Shown piece by piece: positions 1 through 14,252 of a DNA stretch of 64,000 nucleotides. Source of the DNA: Phoronis australis (taxonomy: Eukaryota; Animalia; Phoronida); assembly GCA_002633005.1 (NCBI GenBank), contig NMRA01000648.1:78467-142466 (forward strand). Direction: 5' to 3'. The notes under the pieces are model-generated. The model saw nothing but the letters and a program-made list of their open reading frames with translations. It made no database searches and was not told where the DNA came from. A program made the position numbers and the translations under genes. Position 1 is the stretch's first letter; each line of letters opens with the position of its first letter.

Positions 1-430
1 TGTAAACAATTCATAAATGAAACTAACATACATAGATGTATATACATTTAAGTAGTATCTAATATAAGTATCCCAATATTTAGATATGTTATTGCGAATA
101 TATAAAAACAAAAACATGTACATATTCATGTATGGAAATCAGAAGCAGCAATATTGATAAACGGTACATAAAAATTTGACGCAATCAGTGAACGATATCT
201 CGCGGTATCAAAGAACCAGAGCAAATAGTCTTATCCCAAAACATGTACCGAAACAATGGTTTTCAAAGACGTCGCTGCATGCGGCTTCAAAATTGCATTT
301 ATACAACCTCAGATATAAAGCACTTTACCACAAACTTCAAGTATAATGGAACACTTACGGTTTACGAAGGTTAGCGACTGCATGAGCCAACATATAACGT
401 ACATGAGTGCAAATAGAAAACTACACTCAC

Positions 431-1563
431 TTTTCTGCTTTTGCCATTCTGTCTTGTTGAGGGTACCAGATGTGACTGGCTATGTACATCTGTGTCGCCC
501 ACCAAAGCACGAAGATTCCTATATGAAAGTAGAAGAGACCGTTGTCTTTGTCTTTTTCGGGACAGTACCAAGAGTACGGACCAGGGATGAACGCATATCC
601 TTGACAGTGAAGTATGATAATGGCTAGAGTTACCGGGGAGGCCAGTGTCAACGGGAGGCTGAAGCTAATCTTCTGCATACAGAGTTTACAAGCCAGGCGT
701 GCAAAGTAAAAACATATCATCGTTGACAAAATCTGCGCAATGGCTGGGGAATATTCGATGAGAAATCCCACAAATGCCAAAGTACTCTCGCTTGAAGTTG
801 AATTGCTAGACGAATTACCAGTTTCCATCTCTTCTAATGCTTTAGTTGCATTGAAGGTGGTCCAAATACCAATTTTGTACCCGGGTACCAGAATGTACGC
901 GAACGCAATTGTCCAGCCGAGCTTCCACAGAGAGGATATCGGTAGTGACTTCTGACGACTCTCGTGCAGTTCTGCCTTGAATTGCCTGACGCTGACTGGG
1001 ATTCGACCAAATAGCCACTTGTCTTGTTCCGCGAAATTCTCCCACCATGTAAGAGATACCAAGAGCAGAGAAAGTACGATTTCCCACGTTAAGGAATCCA
1101 AGGTAAAGCTGGAAAGGTTTTCCCACAAAGAAACCTTTCGCCAGAAACTGTTTACTGGAAAGCGATGACCAGGCGGCGCCATAGTCGTGGTTACATTCAC
1201 TGTAGTCCCGTTGACGGTCGTCATGTCAGCCATCGTACTCGGGCTCTGAGTGGAATCTCCGTTGTTCATTACGGAGTCGTCAACGAATCCTGTGAGGACT
1301 ATTACAATTCCCGCTGTAAGCTGAATGAAGAACGCAGCGCACGTCAAAATTTTAGATATTATCTGCCGACGTTTGAATGCGTTCAAGTCATCGTTTTCGC
1401 GTAACGTAGGCGTGGGCTTCTTTTTAAAGAAAATTTTGCAAAATCCCGGTACAGTCGAGACTGCACTGGTGACAAGTAATGCCCGCACCATTTCTAACTT
1501 CGGAAGAACTCTGAATACCAGTAGACAGAGGCCAAACGTATGAAGTAGTTCAAATATCAGAAT
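431..1563 (-). CDS. Exon 19: chitin synthase multi-pass TM region
   Basis: [21 protein letters not shown]...WWENF...[15 protein letters not shown]...[14 protein letters not shown]; donor GTGAGT at 430. Confidence 0.94.
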
Positions 1564-4500
1564 CTGAAATAGAAGAATATTCGTTTAAGTTGCATCAAAC
1601 AAAATAAAATACGGTACAATATTTTCTGATTTAGCAAGCCTATTTTTGCTTCTCAATTTATCGAAACGCAGAGTACTTCGTGAGAAAAAGGAAACTTGGG
1701 CTTAAAATTTTATATTTTCAGCTAACGAATATAATCACTGACCTTTGTATAAGTATTGACCTTGAAAGTTTGAAGACGTGTATTGCGTTTCGCATATAAA
1801 GGAGACTTACCTTTAGTAAGCAACGGAATTTTGGGAAAGGCATGCTTCCAAACATGGCCTTGAAAAGATAGGTAAGGAACGTGAGGCAGTATGGCACACA
1901 GACGCACACGATCACTAGAGTCAAGTGTGAGTTTCTCGCTTCATCGTGTTGTTCTTTGAGTGGATGCTGGAAAGTGCAAGTCACAGAATCAGGGACGGTT
2001 AACAGCAAGGTACTTGAGACACGTCCCGTACCTTCAGGTGTTCCGTACCGCCACCAAACGACGATAAAGCTAGTATATTACGTACAACGAATTTCCTCAC
2101 AAGTTTATCAAGCACTTGCCTACAATATATTTTGCTGAAATTTAAGTTTGTCTGCTTGTCAAAACAAGTTATTGTAGAGCAGTGCTCATTCTTTTAGTTT
2201 TCAATTTAGATAGGTTTGGGGAATAGTTTGTTTGATTTAGTAGCCTAGTTTGCACGTGGAGCTTTGGGAGACTCGTTAAGAAGAACTGTCCATTTAAAAC
2301 GACCCACATAATGTCTAATTTGGCAAACTTCGGAACATCGTATCTCATAAATAGCTGGTCGGATTCCTATAAAACTTTTTGCACTGTTCTACAAAACGAC
2401 ATTAGAAATTGTGTTTGAAGTGTTCCACTTTTGCATGAGTTTCTATTAAAACAATTTGCTGAGTCGAGCGCAATTAATTGAACAAACAGAATAATTGACT
2501 ACTTGCAAACTGCATACTTCCTGGAGGACCGAAGATCTGACACTTTGATGTCTGTCCGCAGTCGATCAGAACTTAAGGAAATTTCACCTTATCGGCACTG
2601 TATTTTTGAATTTGGGTACTGAACATCAAAATACTCAGCGCACAACACTGATTTTCACGACAAGAGTCGACTCTACCGCAACCTGTACACCACCAGGACT
2701 CAGAATTATCATTCTTTTGAGACTGAACAATAAATGTTATCAATACGGAGTTTTATAAAATGACCGTAACTACTTTTATAGCGTTCCAATTAAGTATAAA
2801 CCTCAGACCATACTAGGAATCACGTGAAGTTATTCCATTATTTCTTCCGTTATATAGTTCACGGTAATTTTTTGTTTCAATTTGAAGTTGGCGGTTTTCG
2901 GCATTCAGCTCGGAACACAACGCGGTATGCCATTTTTAACAGTTGTCAATTAACTACGGCTATGAAGCGAAGTGACTGTGGAAGTTTGGTGGTAAGTGGG
3001 CAGCACAGGGGCCCCCAAGTTAATTTTGCTTCGGGTCCCGAAAGGTTATGAACGGTCCTATCTATATGTACAGGGGTCTGTTGTTGATATAGAGTCCGTC
3101 TGCTATGCTGACAGTTTTTGTACTGGTGTACGACAATGACTAGTCAAATAGATTCAAGCACCCCCTGACGACAATTTGTAGCAACTCGTATTCGTGTCGT
3201 CGTCCTCTAGTTTGGTTTGTATTTTTGTTCGAACACGATCTAAGTCAAAGAACGCGTGCTCATAATTTTATACCAATCAGAGACCAAGTTGGCTTTCGCT
3301 GCAGAAATCTAAGGAGTCGTCCAATAATGTATGTACGCGAAAACTAGCGAAAAATGGAACTGGATGACTACGAAAGACACCAGTTGTTTAACGGCTAGAT
3401 GATTCATACTTACACTGTCATTGTTCACCGTGTGATGCGCAATAGCTGACGTTAACAGCAACAGCGAACCTTTGCTAATAACGGTGCAGCTGAGAACAAT
3501 GGCGAAGATGAAGAAATACATGAACACTTTGAGACACTTTAAGAAGGAACTGAAATCCTCGCTGGCACTTGAGCGCTCTCGAGGTATCATTTGAAAGACA
3601 TCCCACGTTTCTCTGAAATTAAAAGCATATTTGTAAGTTAAACGATTTGTATCGAGCTGTTTAAAACCAAAATAATACACTCCAAATTGGATTTGAATAT
3701 TTTATCTTTCAGTGTCTTTCCGATTTATTTTCATTTTTTGTGTAATGTTACATAATTAGTGTAAGTATATTACGCACGTCTTTAGTAATCTCAGTTCGAA
3801 GTGTCCTCGTAAAGTGTAATAAAATTACATGTAATTTTGATGTCACTGTCGTCATTTCAGTGAGTATCGTTATCAAAATAATCAGTGCTATCATTACCGT
3901 TATTCTTAGGAAAAACTACATTACTGTATCTTTCATTTCTTTCCTTTTGGAATAACTCACATTTCTTCGGAAACGAAGTTTTATTTATTAATTTATGTTA
4001 GCTTGTTCAAATAGTTTGTGAACCCATCGTACAGTACATCTCTAGTGGGGCAACAAAGCGGCCTATAGCTGCAGCGCCATTCCACAAATATCATTATATG
4101 GCGTATAACAAAAGTAAACCTACTGAGGGTACTCATCGTCGTCCGTATCAATTTCGTCATCTTCCCCTTCGTAACTGAACCTATTGGCTGGCAGACCGCC
4201 ATTTTGCGGTACTCCACTCATTTCTCCTTTTGCTGACGAGTATGGTGGGGGCGGCATTGAGCCCTGAGTCTCACTGGAATCTCTCGATTCCTCAGACGAC
4301 TGGTCATCTGGTTTTTTGTCCAAAGCCATTGCTTGTGCGTGGACGTCGTCGTTGGTACTCGCGGATGGTTCTTCCATTTTAGGTCGTTCTTCATTGAGTT
4401 CGTTGGATGTAGATTCTAATTCTTTCGCCACGTCAGACAGTAAGGCATAATCCGTTTTCTTCCCGTGTTTTTTCGATATAGTCGAACTTGGTGTGTTCGG

Positions 4501-7500
4501 CTCTGTCTGCTCTGTCAAGGCGTCTAACCTTTTCCCCTCTCTTCTCTCTTGTTCCAATTTCCTATGGCGTTCTTCTTCTTTCATCTATTAAATAAAAAAA
4601 TCTCAATAAATTCTTCGTCAGTGACAGCACAAACGTCAGAGACGTCACGTGATACTGAACCAGCGCATGCGCATTGCCGACCATACTACAAAGAACTTGA
4701 AATTCAGGTTCAATGTCGACACTTGATTGGGTCACACCAGATGACGAAGAAGTCACGTGGTTTGACGTTATGTTTCATACCAAACAGTAAAACTCCAATA
4801 AAAGATGCAATTATGCGCATTAACGTTGCCTCATGGTTACAACATTGCGAGTTCATGGTATCCTAGTTAAGTGCATTGTATTGAAGAAATAAAATGAGCA
4901 GTAATGTCGTTCGTATAAAATTGACTGTCTTAAGTACTAAGTGTTTCTCTCAAGAATGCAATTTCTTTGAACTTAAAAGCTGTTGGTTGTCCAGCAGAGC
5001 AATAGTTGGCGTGCGATACAAAAATGATTATCGTCTCGAAGGTTTAATTACATCTGAAAACTGCGTTTGCGTCATGGTCACTACGTAGCCTCGTTTTAGT
5101 TACATGACCTTGCCTGTGAGAGATTGAACCTACCCGGTTCAAAACCAACGACAGAGAGTACATTAGCGTCGTCAAATTTATACATCACGCTAAAACTCGG
5201 GGTCTCCATTCAAGACACAACTTGTGAAATGGTCGCTGTTAGCAATGCTGAATATTTGTCTTACCTTTCTAATAACGTTTTCTTTAGCGGTTTTGATTAA
5301 CTGTGCATTCCTTTTGCGGCTGAGGTAACCTCTCGCACGAGCTTGAAACTTGGTAGCCAATGAACTAAGAAAGTTTAGCTTATATTCCAACTGTTCTAAG
5401 TCTTTGTCTTTAAGAAAAACCTGAAATTGTAAATATTGGAAACCAAAAGGAGCTTAAGTACATCTAATTACGTTTTAAAATGACAGTAGTTAAAAGGTTT
5501 TAAGTCAACAACATCATTTCTTCGATTGGCGTGTTGTAATCTGGGTACATTCCAGAAGGATTTATGAAGCCCGAACTGAGGCGTTTATCCCAATGTATGA
5601 ATACTCAGCCTCTCTCATATCAGAAGAAAACCTCAGTGAGTTGGTGTGTTACTTCATCGAACAATTTGAGTGGCTGACAATTGTCTCGTGCTCAAGTTAA
5701 TGCTAAGATAAACAAGACCTAAAAGAACAAAATCTTCAAATTTCAGATTTTCGGTAATGAAAGTTCTTACACTTAACAAAATGACTACAGTGAAACTGTT
5801 CGATATAAAACCTCTAATCTTGCGCATCGTTTATTTAAAAGGCACACTACGTTATCCCTGAAAGAACAATGTTATTCTCAGTAAGCCACTCCCCGACTCC
5901 TATTTTCACAAAAATGGCCGAGAAACGAGAAGTAGTAATGACTAATGCCACCCACGCCTTGGTTGATTTGGCTATTATTGCGATCATTATTTCATTATTA
6001 TTGACATAATTTCCTTGAACTGTTTATAATTCAAGACCCACGCAGCGGCAACTGTGCCAAGGTGAAATGACAAGCGTTAAGCTGTAATAACTCAAATTAT
6101 CCCCAGTTGAAGCAATCTATGGACTACATTCGGTCCATGGTTTTATCAAGTGTAGGAGCATTAGACAACCGAAAGAAAAAAGCTAAAACCACAAAACATG
6201 AACAAAAACAGTGGGTTTTCATAGACGGCGCTGCACGGCAGATATAAAATAGCCACATAGAGTACAAAAAATATAAATAAACACCGCCATGCATATAAAA
6301 GCCGGACATCTCGCTTCACTGGAGACCACTTTATGTAGTACAATGATCCAAATATAAAATACATGTATAAAATATACTTGAAGTAAATGATTTTCCTAAA
6401 ATATCCATACATTAAGCATACGCTGACAGACTCATTTACAAAAAAAATGTATGAGGGTAAAAATGAACGTCGTTGCTTTAATAGTTTTAATTGCCGGTGA
6501 CGATATCTTAGTGTGAAGAAGAATGACGTGTATTCACTTCACAATGATAGTCACTCCATATTTGACCTCAAATTGATGCAACTTCTGCATTAAACATTTA
6601 TCGATGCAACTGCAGGAAACCCAACCCAGTAAGGCTTTAAATGACAATATTAAACCAATTTATCCGCATCTTTCTGACACACCTTAAAAAGCGAAATACG
6701 ACGATGCCTTTACAACATCAGGTAAACAAATTACTGTGGTATACGACAAATACCTCTTTATTTCCTTATTAGTCTTGATTTCTTTAATTTGTCAAAATGA
6801 CAAAAGTTGATGCATACTTTAAAATGAAATAAGTAAGCCTTGAAGCTATTGGTTCAACCACGAGATGCCCCTTAGAAAATCCCGTTGAATTTATTCAGCA
6901 TTATAAAAATATTTTCAAATTGTGGGCCGTTAACAGCATAGAAGTTTATTACTTCGTAATCGCTATTCAAGCAGTCAAGCAGCCGCGTCCTTATCGTACT
7001 AATGTTAAAGAAGTCGAGACAAGAACAATTTTATTCAGTATAAATTTTACGATGTATCTGTCCGCTTTAAAACCTGGCAGGAATTGGTAACAGCCTCACA
7101 GAAATATGCCATAATTCATGGAAATACCCTAGGTGTCAACGAACTTACAACCGGAAGCAAACCTGTACACGCACACCCAAAACCTCTCATGGTCTGTCAA
7201 AATTCTGCAAACCTCTAAACGCTGATTTTCGACTCGACATATTATCTAGTCGATGTAAAGCTGTAGGTTTTTGGTATAAATTTCTTATTTGCTTACAAGG
7301 AAATGAAAACGTCTTAAACATGAAATGAATGTAGCCGATGCGTCCTTAATAGGTATAGTGAGCACTGCTTAGATGATATGACCACTACCTTGGGACACAT
7401 CGTTTAACACCATGGCGCGTGCCGAATCTTTGATTAATTTTGCCACGGCCACAATGTGCTCTTTCATAGGTGTTATTTTTGATTTAATAAACTTTGAAGT

Positions 7501-10321
7501 TGAATATTTTTGACATGACACTCTAGCGCTCACTTTAATGTTAAGCATTCTTATCAAAGATTCAGCGATAACGAAGTCTTTTTTTATTGATAAAGTATGT
7601 TTCCAAGTGTCAGTGTAGACACCTGTCAACCATCCCAAACAAAATCTTCGCATATGTCGAACATATGTATATCAGTAAACTTCTGAAGGCTAATTGGGAG
7701 AGTTACAGCTTCTCTGACAGCCATAAAATAAAGTGAGCGTTTACCTTTGACGAACCAACCGCATAGTCTTGAACTTCAAGCTCGTTTAAGATGAGTTCAC
7801 ACGTTTGTCCCGTGGCCCCCAAATACTGTGTCTCGGCAGTTCCAATGGGCCCGTATCTAAAGAAAGTGCAACCAAGTTTGTCATGTGCTTACCTCAAAAA
7901 AAAAATCCGGCAAGTAGCACCAAATAGGCGCGTCTCAAGTCCAAATCAAGTGAAAGCCTTGTGGTCAATAATGTTTATGTGCATCACCGTCACCTTTCAT
8001 TTTCATTTTGTCACTTGTCAACAAATAAATAAACTTTATTAATGTCATTTTAGTTGTACTTATGCCAACCTGAAATGCGTTGTCTAGAGCACTCATTAAA
8101 TCATGGATCAACATTTTGAAAACTAATGACAGGAGAACAGAGTCGTGAGAGAATGGTGGTCAGGTCGCTAGGCAACTGATCACGCGCACACAACAATCTA
8201 TATTAGAAGGAAGGGCAGAATGAAAGTGACTGCGGCTACTTTAGAAACGCCTCAAGTCCAGCAAACAATGTATCCCTGGCATAATGACCTTTGATTCTCA
8301 TTTGCCTGTCCTGTCTCAAAAACCACGGTAGTCTGAGGACTAAGACGGTTAGATTCAAACGAAACCCAATTTTGCTTGTTTTTCATGGAAATGAATCATT
8401 GTCTTTTATTGATGTGGCTTCGAAAACTCATCGAAGCGACGAGTTCTTGAATTCTCTGACAAGAATCCCGGAAACGTGACTTGGTGTCCCCGGCCCAAAA
8501 AGTCTGAAACAATGTCAATGACCTGACAATGATCTCAACTTGAGCTCCCCTGAGTTCATTCATCGCCTTTCGGTAACCGTCATTGTTGGCCGCTAACAGC
8601 ACAGCTTGGCAGTGATCTAGCGGAAATGGAAATTTGTGTCACCACGAAAGTGAGGGTGACCTCCGCCAACTAAGAACAGGCGAAGAAAAGAACGTTCTTA
8701 GAGAAAACAGAGTGTTGAAGTGATCGCAAATCAATTGAAAGGTGGAATGTTTTGAGGGAGAAACTGGGCCTAACAACGAAGAGTGAATTTGCCAAGTTTT
8801 AATGAGACCAGTAAGTTCACCAATTAAAAATGAATCACTGTCTGATATTTTCAAGCAACCCAATCTGTCGTCGGGGTCAGCAACACTACCGTTTCCGCCT
8901 CCTGACCCTTTCTACTTTGTTCGTGTCAGTTGCGAATTATGACCCTTGCATGTATATACATACATGTATGTATAATCAACGGAGTGTAGAATTTTTAATC
9001 CTTAAGGAAATAAGATTTTTAGAACACGGGCAAGGTGCAGAATTTAACATACTGTATTTATTAATTATCAATGAGTACTAGGAAATAAATTTCACGTGCC
9101 ACTATTCATAATGAATACATATTATGTGTGGTGGTAAGGCCGTCTACTTCGTCAATTTTCTGCTGATTAAAAATACAAGTTTTCGTTGAAGAAGCGAAAA
9201 AATTTGCAAAAACTCTTCATCTTGTCTACTTTCAAACCCAGACAATTCAAACCAATCAGAAGTGGATTTAGCAACTTTAATGTACGTTGCGTCTGTGTAA
9301 TGACCTCATTTAATATGTTGCAATTGTACTTTAGCACAAAGTTTTTGTTTGACATAATTTAGGGTCACACTCACCTCTCCAGAAAGTCGCTAATTTCCAT
9401 TCTGGTCGCATAGCCGCTCTTTCGTATTCGTGCAATCTCCACCAAGCCGTTGAAGCGAAGTTGCTCTTTCACAAGTTCGCAGTTGAATCGATCCGGTCGG
9501 CTGTGCGGATTCGGCTTGATGCAACGCACGAACCAAGGATTTGTCCGGTATAACTGGGACATTAGTTCGGACAGCGAGTTCTAGAAATGGACAATGATTT
9601 CCATAAATAATACACACAAAAATTGAAACAAAGGATTTTGGGAAGCCCCGTTTCTCTGTAACATTACAAGCAACCATGAACTCCTAGCATTAGTGGAAAA
9701 CACAGGTGTTGCGTAACAAAAGAACACCGTCTTCTTGCGCATTTTAGCATGATCACCATCGTAACTTCCGGAACTGATTCAAATATGACATAATAGTCCC
9801 CACTTCGATCTTGATTACGATGCACCCATTCTTTAAAATCACGTTCGAATTATGCTCAATTGTTTTGTCTCCAATATATAAGTCTGAAGAAAATGAACAT
9901 TTTCAATTATTACCTTGAAAATCCCAAAGCAAGTATTTTCCCGGTTTCATTGAAATTCACGTACATGTATGCCCCATCCATATATGTACGGCTGTTCGAG
10001 CAGTTTCTACACAGAAGTTTAACGAAGATTTTTTTTTTGTTTCGTTTTCGTCAGTTACCTTAAAATGGGCAAGGACAGTTGATTGAATTCGCACAGAGTC
10101 GTGTTGAGTTCCCGGTGTCTCTTTCAGTCTGAAAGTTAAAGTGGATGGTTGCATAATATACTAAAGGATTAATTACGTGTAAAACAAGAAGTCATTTCGC
10201 ATTCACAAGGTTGCTGTTGCAGGCTTTTTATGTTCGTGGTGGTTACACATCTGTACCAGATATTCAGTCAGTAAAAAACCCCGTGGTTACCGACTAGAAA
10301 GAGAAACAACAACAAAAACAA

Positions 10322-10365
<44 letters not shown>

Positions 10366-13300
10366 ACAAGAAAATGGTTATAGTACCGACTAATAGCAGT
10401 TGTAACTAGACGCCAGAATTAACAAGCCAGTGTATTCGACGCCGGCCACCGGGTTTATCGACATAATCAAAAACTGAAAGAACCCCAATATTTACCCACT
10501 TTTGAATTTAATAATAAGTATTACATATGCTTTCAGAAGTTTATCAAATACATTGTTCCAATCTACTAAAACAGAATTATTTGAATATTATAAAATTGAG
10601 AAATTTATTGTCCAAAAATTGCCAGTTGCAAGTTTTCAACAGTAGATGGACCCTGTTCGAAGAAGACTGAAAATATTATAGTGGCCGAGAGTGAATGTTG
10701 GTGACCGGGAAAACAGATAATACAACTTAGTTATAATGTTTGTTTACATTGCCTATGAGTATGACTGAACAAATTTTTCAAACCATGGAATGAGTTCAAT
10801 GTCAAGCACAATGTTTGACATTCACTCGCTATTCAATTATATTGTCGCGGGAAGGAGCACAAAACAAGAGGTGGGTTGTTTCAAAGCCTGTAAATTTGCT
10901 CTCGATTCGATTCGATTTTCAATTCTAGTTTTTGGATTTGATACTTTAATTCAATTACCAAAACACATGCAAAATGGAAAAAAATGTATATTCCGCAATC
11001 TAGGGTACGCATACTTGTGTTTTCTCTCGTTTATTCAGGGCAACGGCAAGTTGGTGCCAAATTGTCGTTTTTGCACTGTGTTGAGTTTGGTGACTTACCG
11101 TAGAAATTTTTTGCTTAGACGGTTTGTTTCGAGACGGAATGCCTTTGTAAAATAAGTCGTTACGAATACTGACCATCAGGATATCATTCGAGGTATGTTG
11201 CTTAATCTGGATGAATCTTACAAATGTGTCTTACCGTTGTCGTAATCCATGTGCAGCCGTTCTGGAAACACTGTGTCGGTGCATTGTACTAAACAGATCC
11301 GCATGTGTGTTCTTTCGTTTTAGATGGGGTTTCATTTTCTTCATACTTGTGTACCTTGAGAAGTTGCCAGTGTTGCTCATTGTAGGGGTGAAAAGTTCCT
11401 TAATGAAGTCGTTTGAACTTGTCAACAAACAAGAAACAATGCCAGAGCTTAGTGCATCACGATTTTTCACCAAAAAACCTGTAGCGTCATACTGAACCTG
11501 TAAATGAAAGTACACAGCGTAACACAGTCCTTTCAAGTATCCGACAAATGAGCTCTTAGGGATCAAATTATCGTGTTGCAAATACTAAGAATGATTTATT
11601 TGATGATGGGATTAAATTGTGAATGAAATAGCTCACCTGTCCTGCATAATGACGTATTCTGAATACTTCATAATCACCGTGGGGTTTTACGTAAAGTTTA
11701 GATTTGCTGCAGTTTTCGGTTAATTTCCGCACAAGGCTCCCATCGGTTGCTTGTGGAAATCGGGATTCTTCGTCGATGAGGTCGAATATCCCCGCTTTCT
11801 GGAAAGGAAAGACAAATTAGGATTTAGTCAAGGATCGTGTTCAAATTACTTGCATCCGAATAGAACATTCGGGCCATCGCTGTGCAACAGGCCCGCGTGA
11901 TGCCATCCAAATATTACATGTACGTAGAGTACTGATCCGTACGCAGTTTCTCCTGATACAGCAAGGATATATTCAGTTTTAGGATTTCTGCTCTTTTACA
12001 CGTTCCAAATACAAAACGAGCAATGCACTTAACCGAATTCGGCATACGCGTTAATGGCTACCAAATACTGGTATTCTACAGCACCAGTCTTTAAACTTAC
12101 TGCTTTGAATAGGTCCAATAGTGGCTCGTTGTTCTGAAAGACTATGGTAGTCCAGTTGATTCCGTTGTCTTCGTACTCTCGTTGCTCCATTTCAAAAATT
12201 CTCGTATTGAAGAAGTGTTGTAATTGTTCGTTCGCAAAATTTATGCACAGTTGCTCGAAGCTATTCACTGAGAAGTTTTCGAATCCGGACATGTCGAGAA
12301 TGCTTATTGATGTCGCCTTCTTACGAACGCTTGAAATAAAAATAAAAATAAAAATAAAAATGAAACATCTTTTGTTAAAAAATTAACGGGATAGGTTACG
12401 AACAATCTTCAGTAATGTTCATTTTGTTCTTGTTGGAGGAACAAAACTTTGTCAAATTTTCAACGAAACATGGTTTAATGAAGGACTGTTACAAACATTT
12501 ACTAAATATAACTCGAACACTGAAGTAAGAGAGTATGTTAGTGGGGAAGTAACATTTGGATAAAATGGTGTTTTCTTCGCAAATTCACTGCCCAAACCAC
12601 AGCATATAGTACAAAGTCATATCATGGTCACATATCGGCCGGTAGTCGGTCGATCCTGCCACCATATCCTGATGCCTAACAGGCTTGGACGATTTTTGTA
12701 GAATCAGAAAAGCGTTGAGTGCTTTTGACGTTGACACCGGATGTCGCTTCCGATAATCGTCTGACTTACGGCCAATATGACCTTTTTCTCCCATTAATTC
12801 ATCCAAATGGCGTCTGAAGCTTTATGAGAGCCAGACATAACATCCGAAAGTTTATACCCATTCCATACAACTGGGAGTTTAATTTAGCGAGTGATAGAAA
12901 AGGCACAATATTTGAAATTTTACCTTAAAAATAGTAGTATACCCCTTTTGTGAAATCCAAGATCAACCAATAAGTTATTTACCTTTGTGCTGTTCCAAGA
13001 TCCTGGTTGATTTGTCCCACAATCCAACCGAACAGCCGTGCATACAACGCTTTTGCCAAGGCATCTCTACCATCGTTTGCTTGCTCCAAGGTTTTAAACC
13101 TGACGACAGTTTCTCCTCGCATTACAGACGTTGAAGATATTAAAGATTCTGTGAGTTCTGTTTCGTCTATTTCCAGCAAACTTGCAGCTACAACGCAATT
13201 ATGAAGTTTAGAGCCAGGTTAAGTTTTCGTGGACCAAGTTTCTTGCGAGGAAAACGAAATCACGCAACACCACGCGAAACCTAGCAAAATGGCGGCCACT

Positions 13301-14207
13301 GAAATCATTGGTTGGTGAGGATGGAAGGTCGAGTTACTAAATAATGGAATATAATTCATTATTTCCGTTCCATATAGGAATACTTATCGTCGCAACACAT
13401 AGCAAATGTGTTGCGTCTACAGAACACACTAGTTGGACTGTGTCGCCTGCAATACACATGCCTACTGTGTCTCTGATTCTTTGATTTTGCATTCGTAGGC
13501 TTACCGGTATTTTGAGCCGTCACAAAATAAACATGGAAAAAGCAAGCAGGCATCACTGTGAAAAACAGACAACAACGAAAGTTTAAGATGGCTACTGTAC
13601 GTGCAATATTCTTACCAATTTTTAACGGCTTCTCGTGATCTATGATGACAGCGTGACATTCTTCATCAGACCGGAACTCAATGTTAGTGAGATGTAAGAT
13701 TGCTGCCAATATGGTATAAATAGTAGCCATATCCTGTAAGATTGTATAAACACTATCAACATTGATGGTAATAAACGTAACGATGTTCATATTGGCCATG
13801 GTCACGATGATTATGACGATGACGATGATAACGATGACGAATATGACGACAATGATGACAACGACAACGACGACGATTACAAGGACGAGGAGAAGGATGG
13901 TGACAAAAAAACAAACTCAGTTAAACATTCTTAAATAGTGTATTTAAAATTTACCGTTTCATTGAATCCACAAAGATCCATTGCTTTGTTTTGCCTTTCG
14001 AACATTTCCTTCCATTCAAGGAACTGAGGGGTACCTTCCAAGATTGGGCACTTGCCAAAATCACCCGTGATAATTCTAAATGAATAGAAGAAATGTCTGT
14101 TATCATTGATATTTTATTAGTATTATAATTATTATTACTATTACTATTACTATAATTACTATTACTATTACTATTACTATTACAATTACTATTACTATTA
14201 CTATTAA

Positions 14208-14252
<45 letters not shown>

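Noticed and set aside
7369-8863. Intronic ORFs as extra exons or reverse transcriptase remnants
   Set aside because: The flanking myosin exons already join in phase, and the resemblance to RT (VSQGS) is too weak.
11099-11142. Possible alternative mini-exon [14 protein letters not shown](R) with a strong GTAAGT donor
   Set aside because: It needs a phase-0 upstream donor, but exon 11 ends in phase 2, so inclusion would frameshift into a stop.
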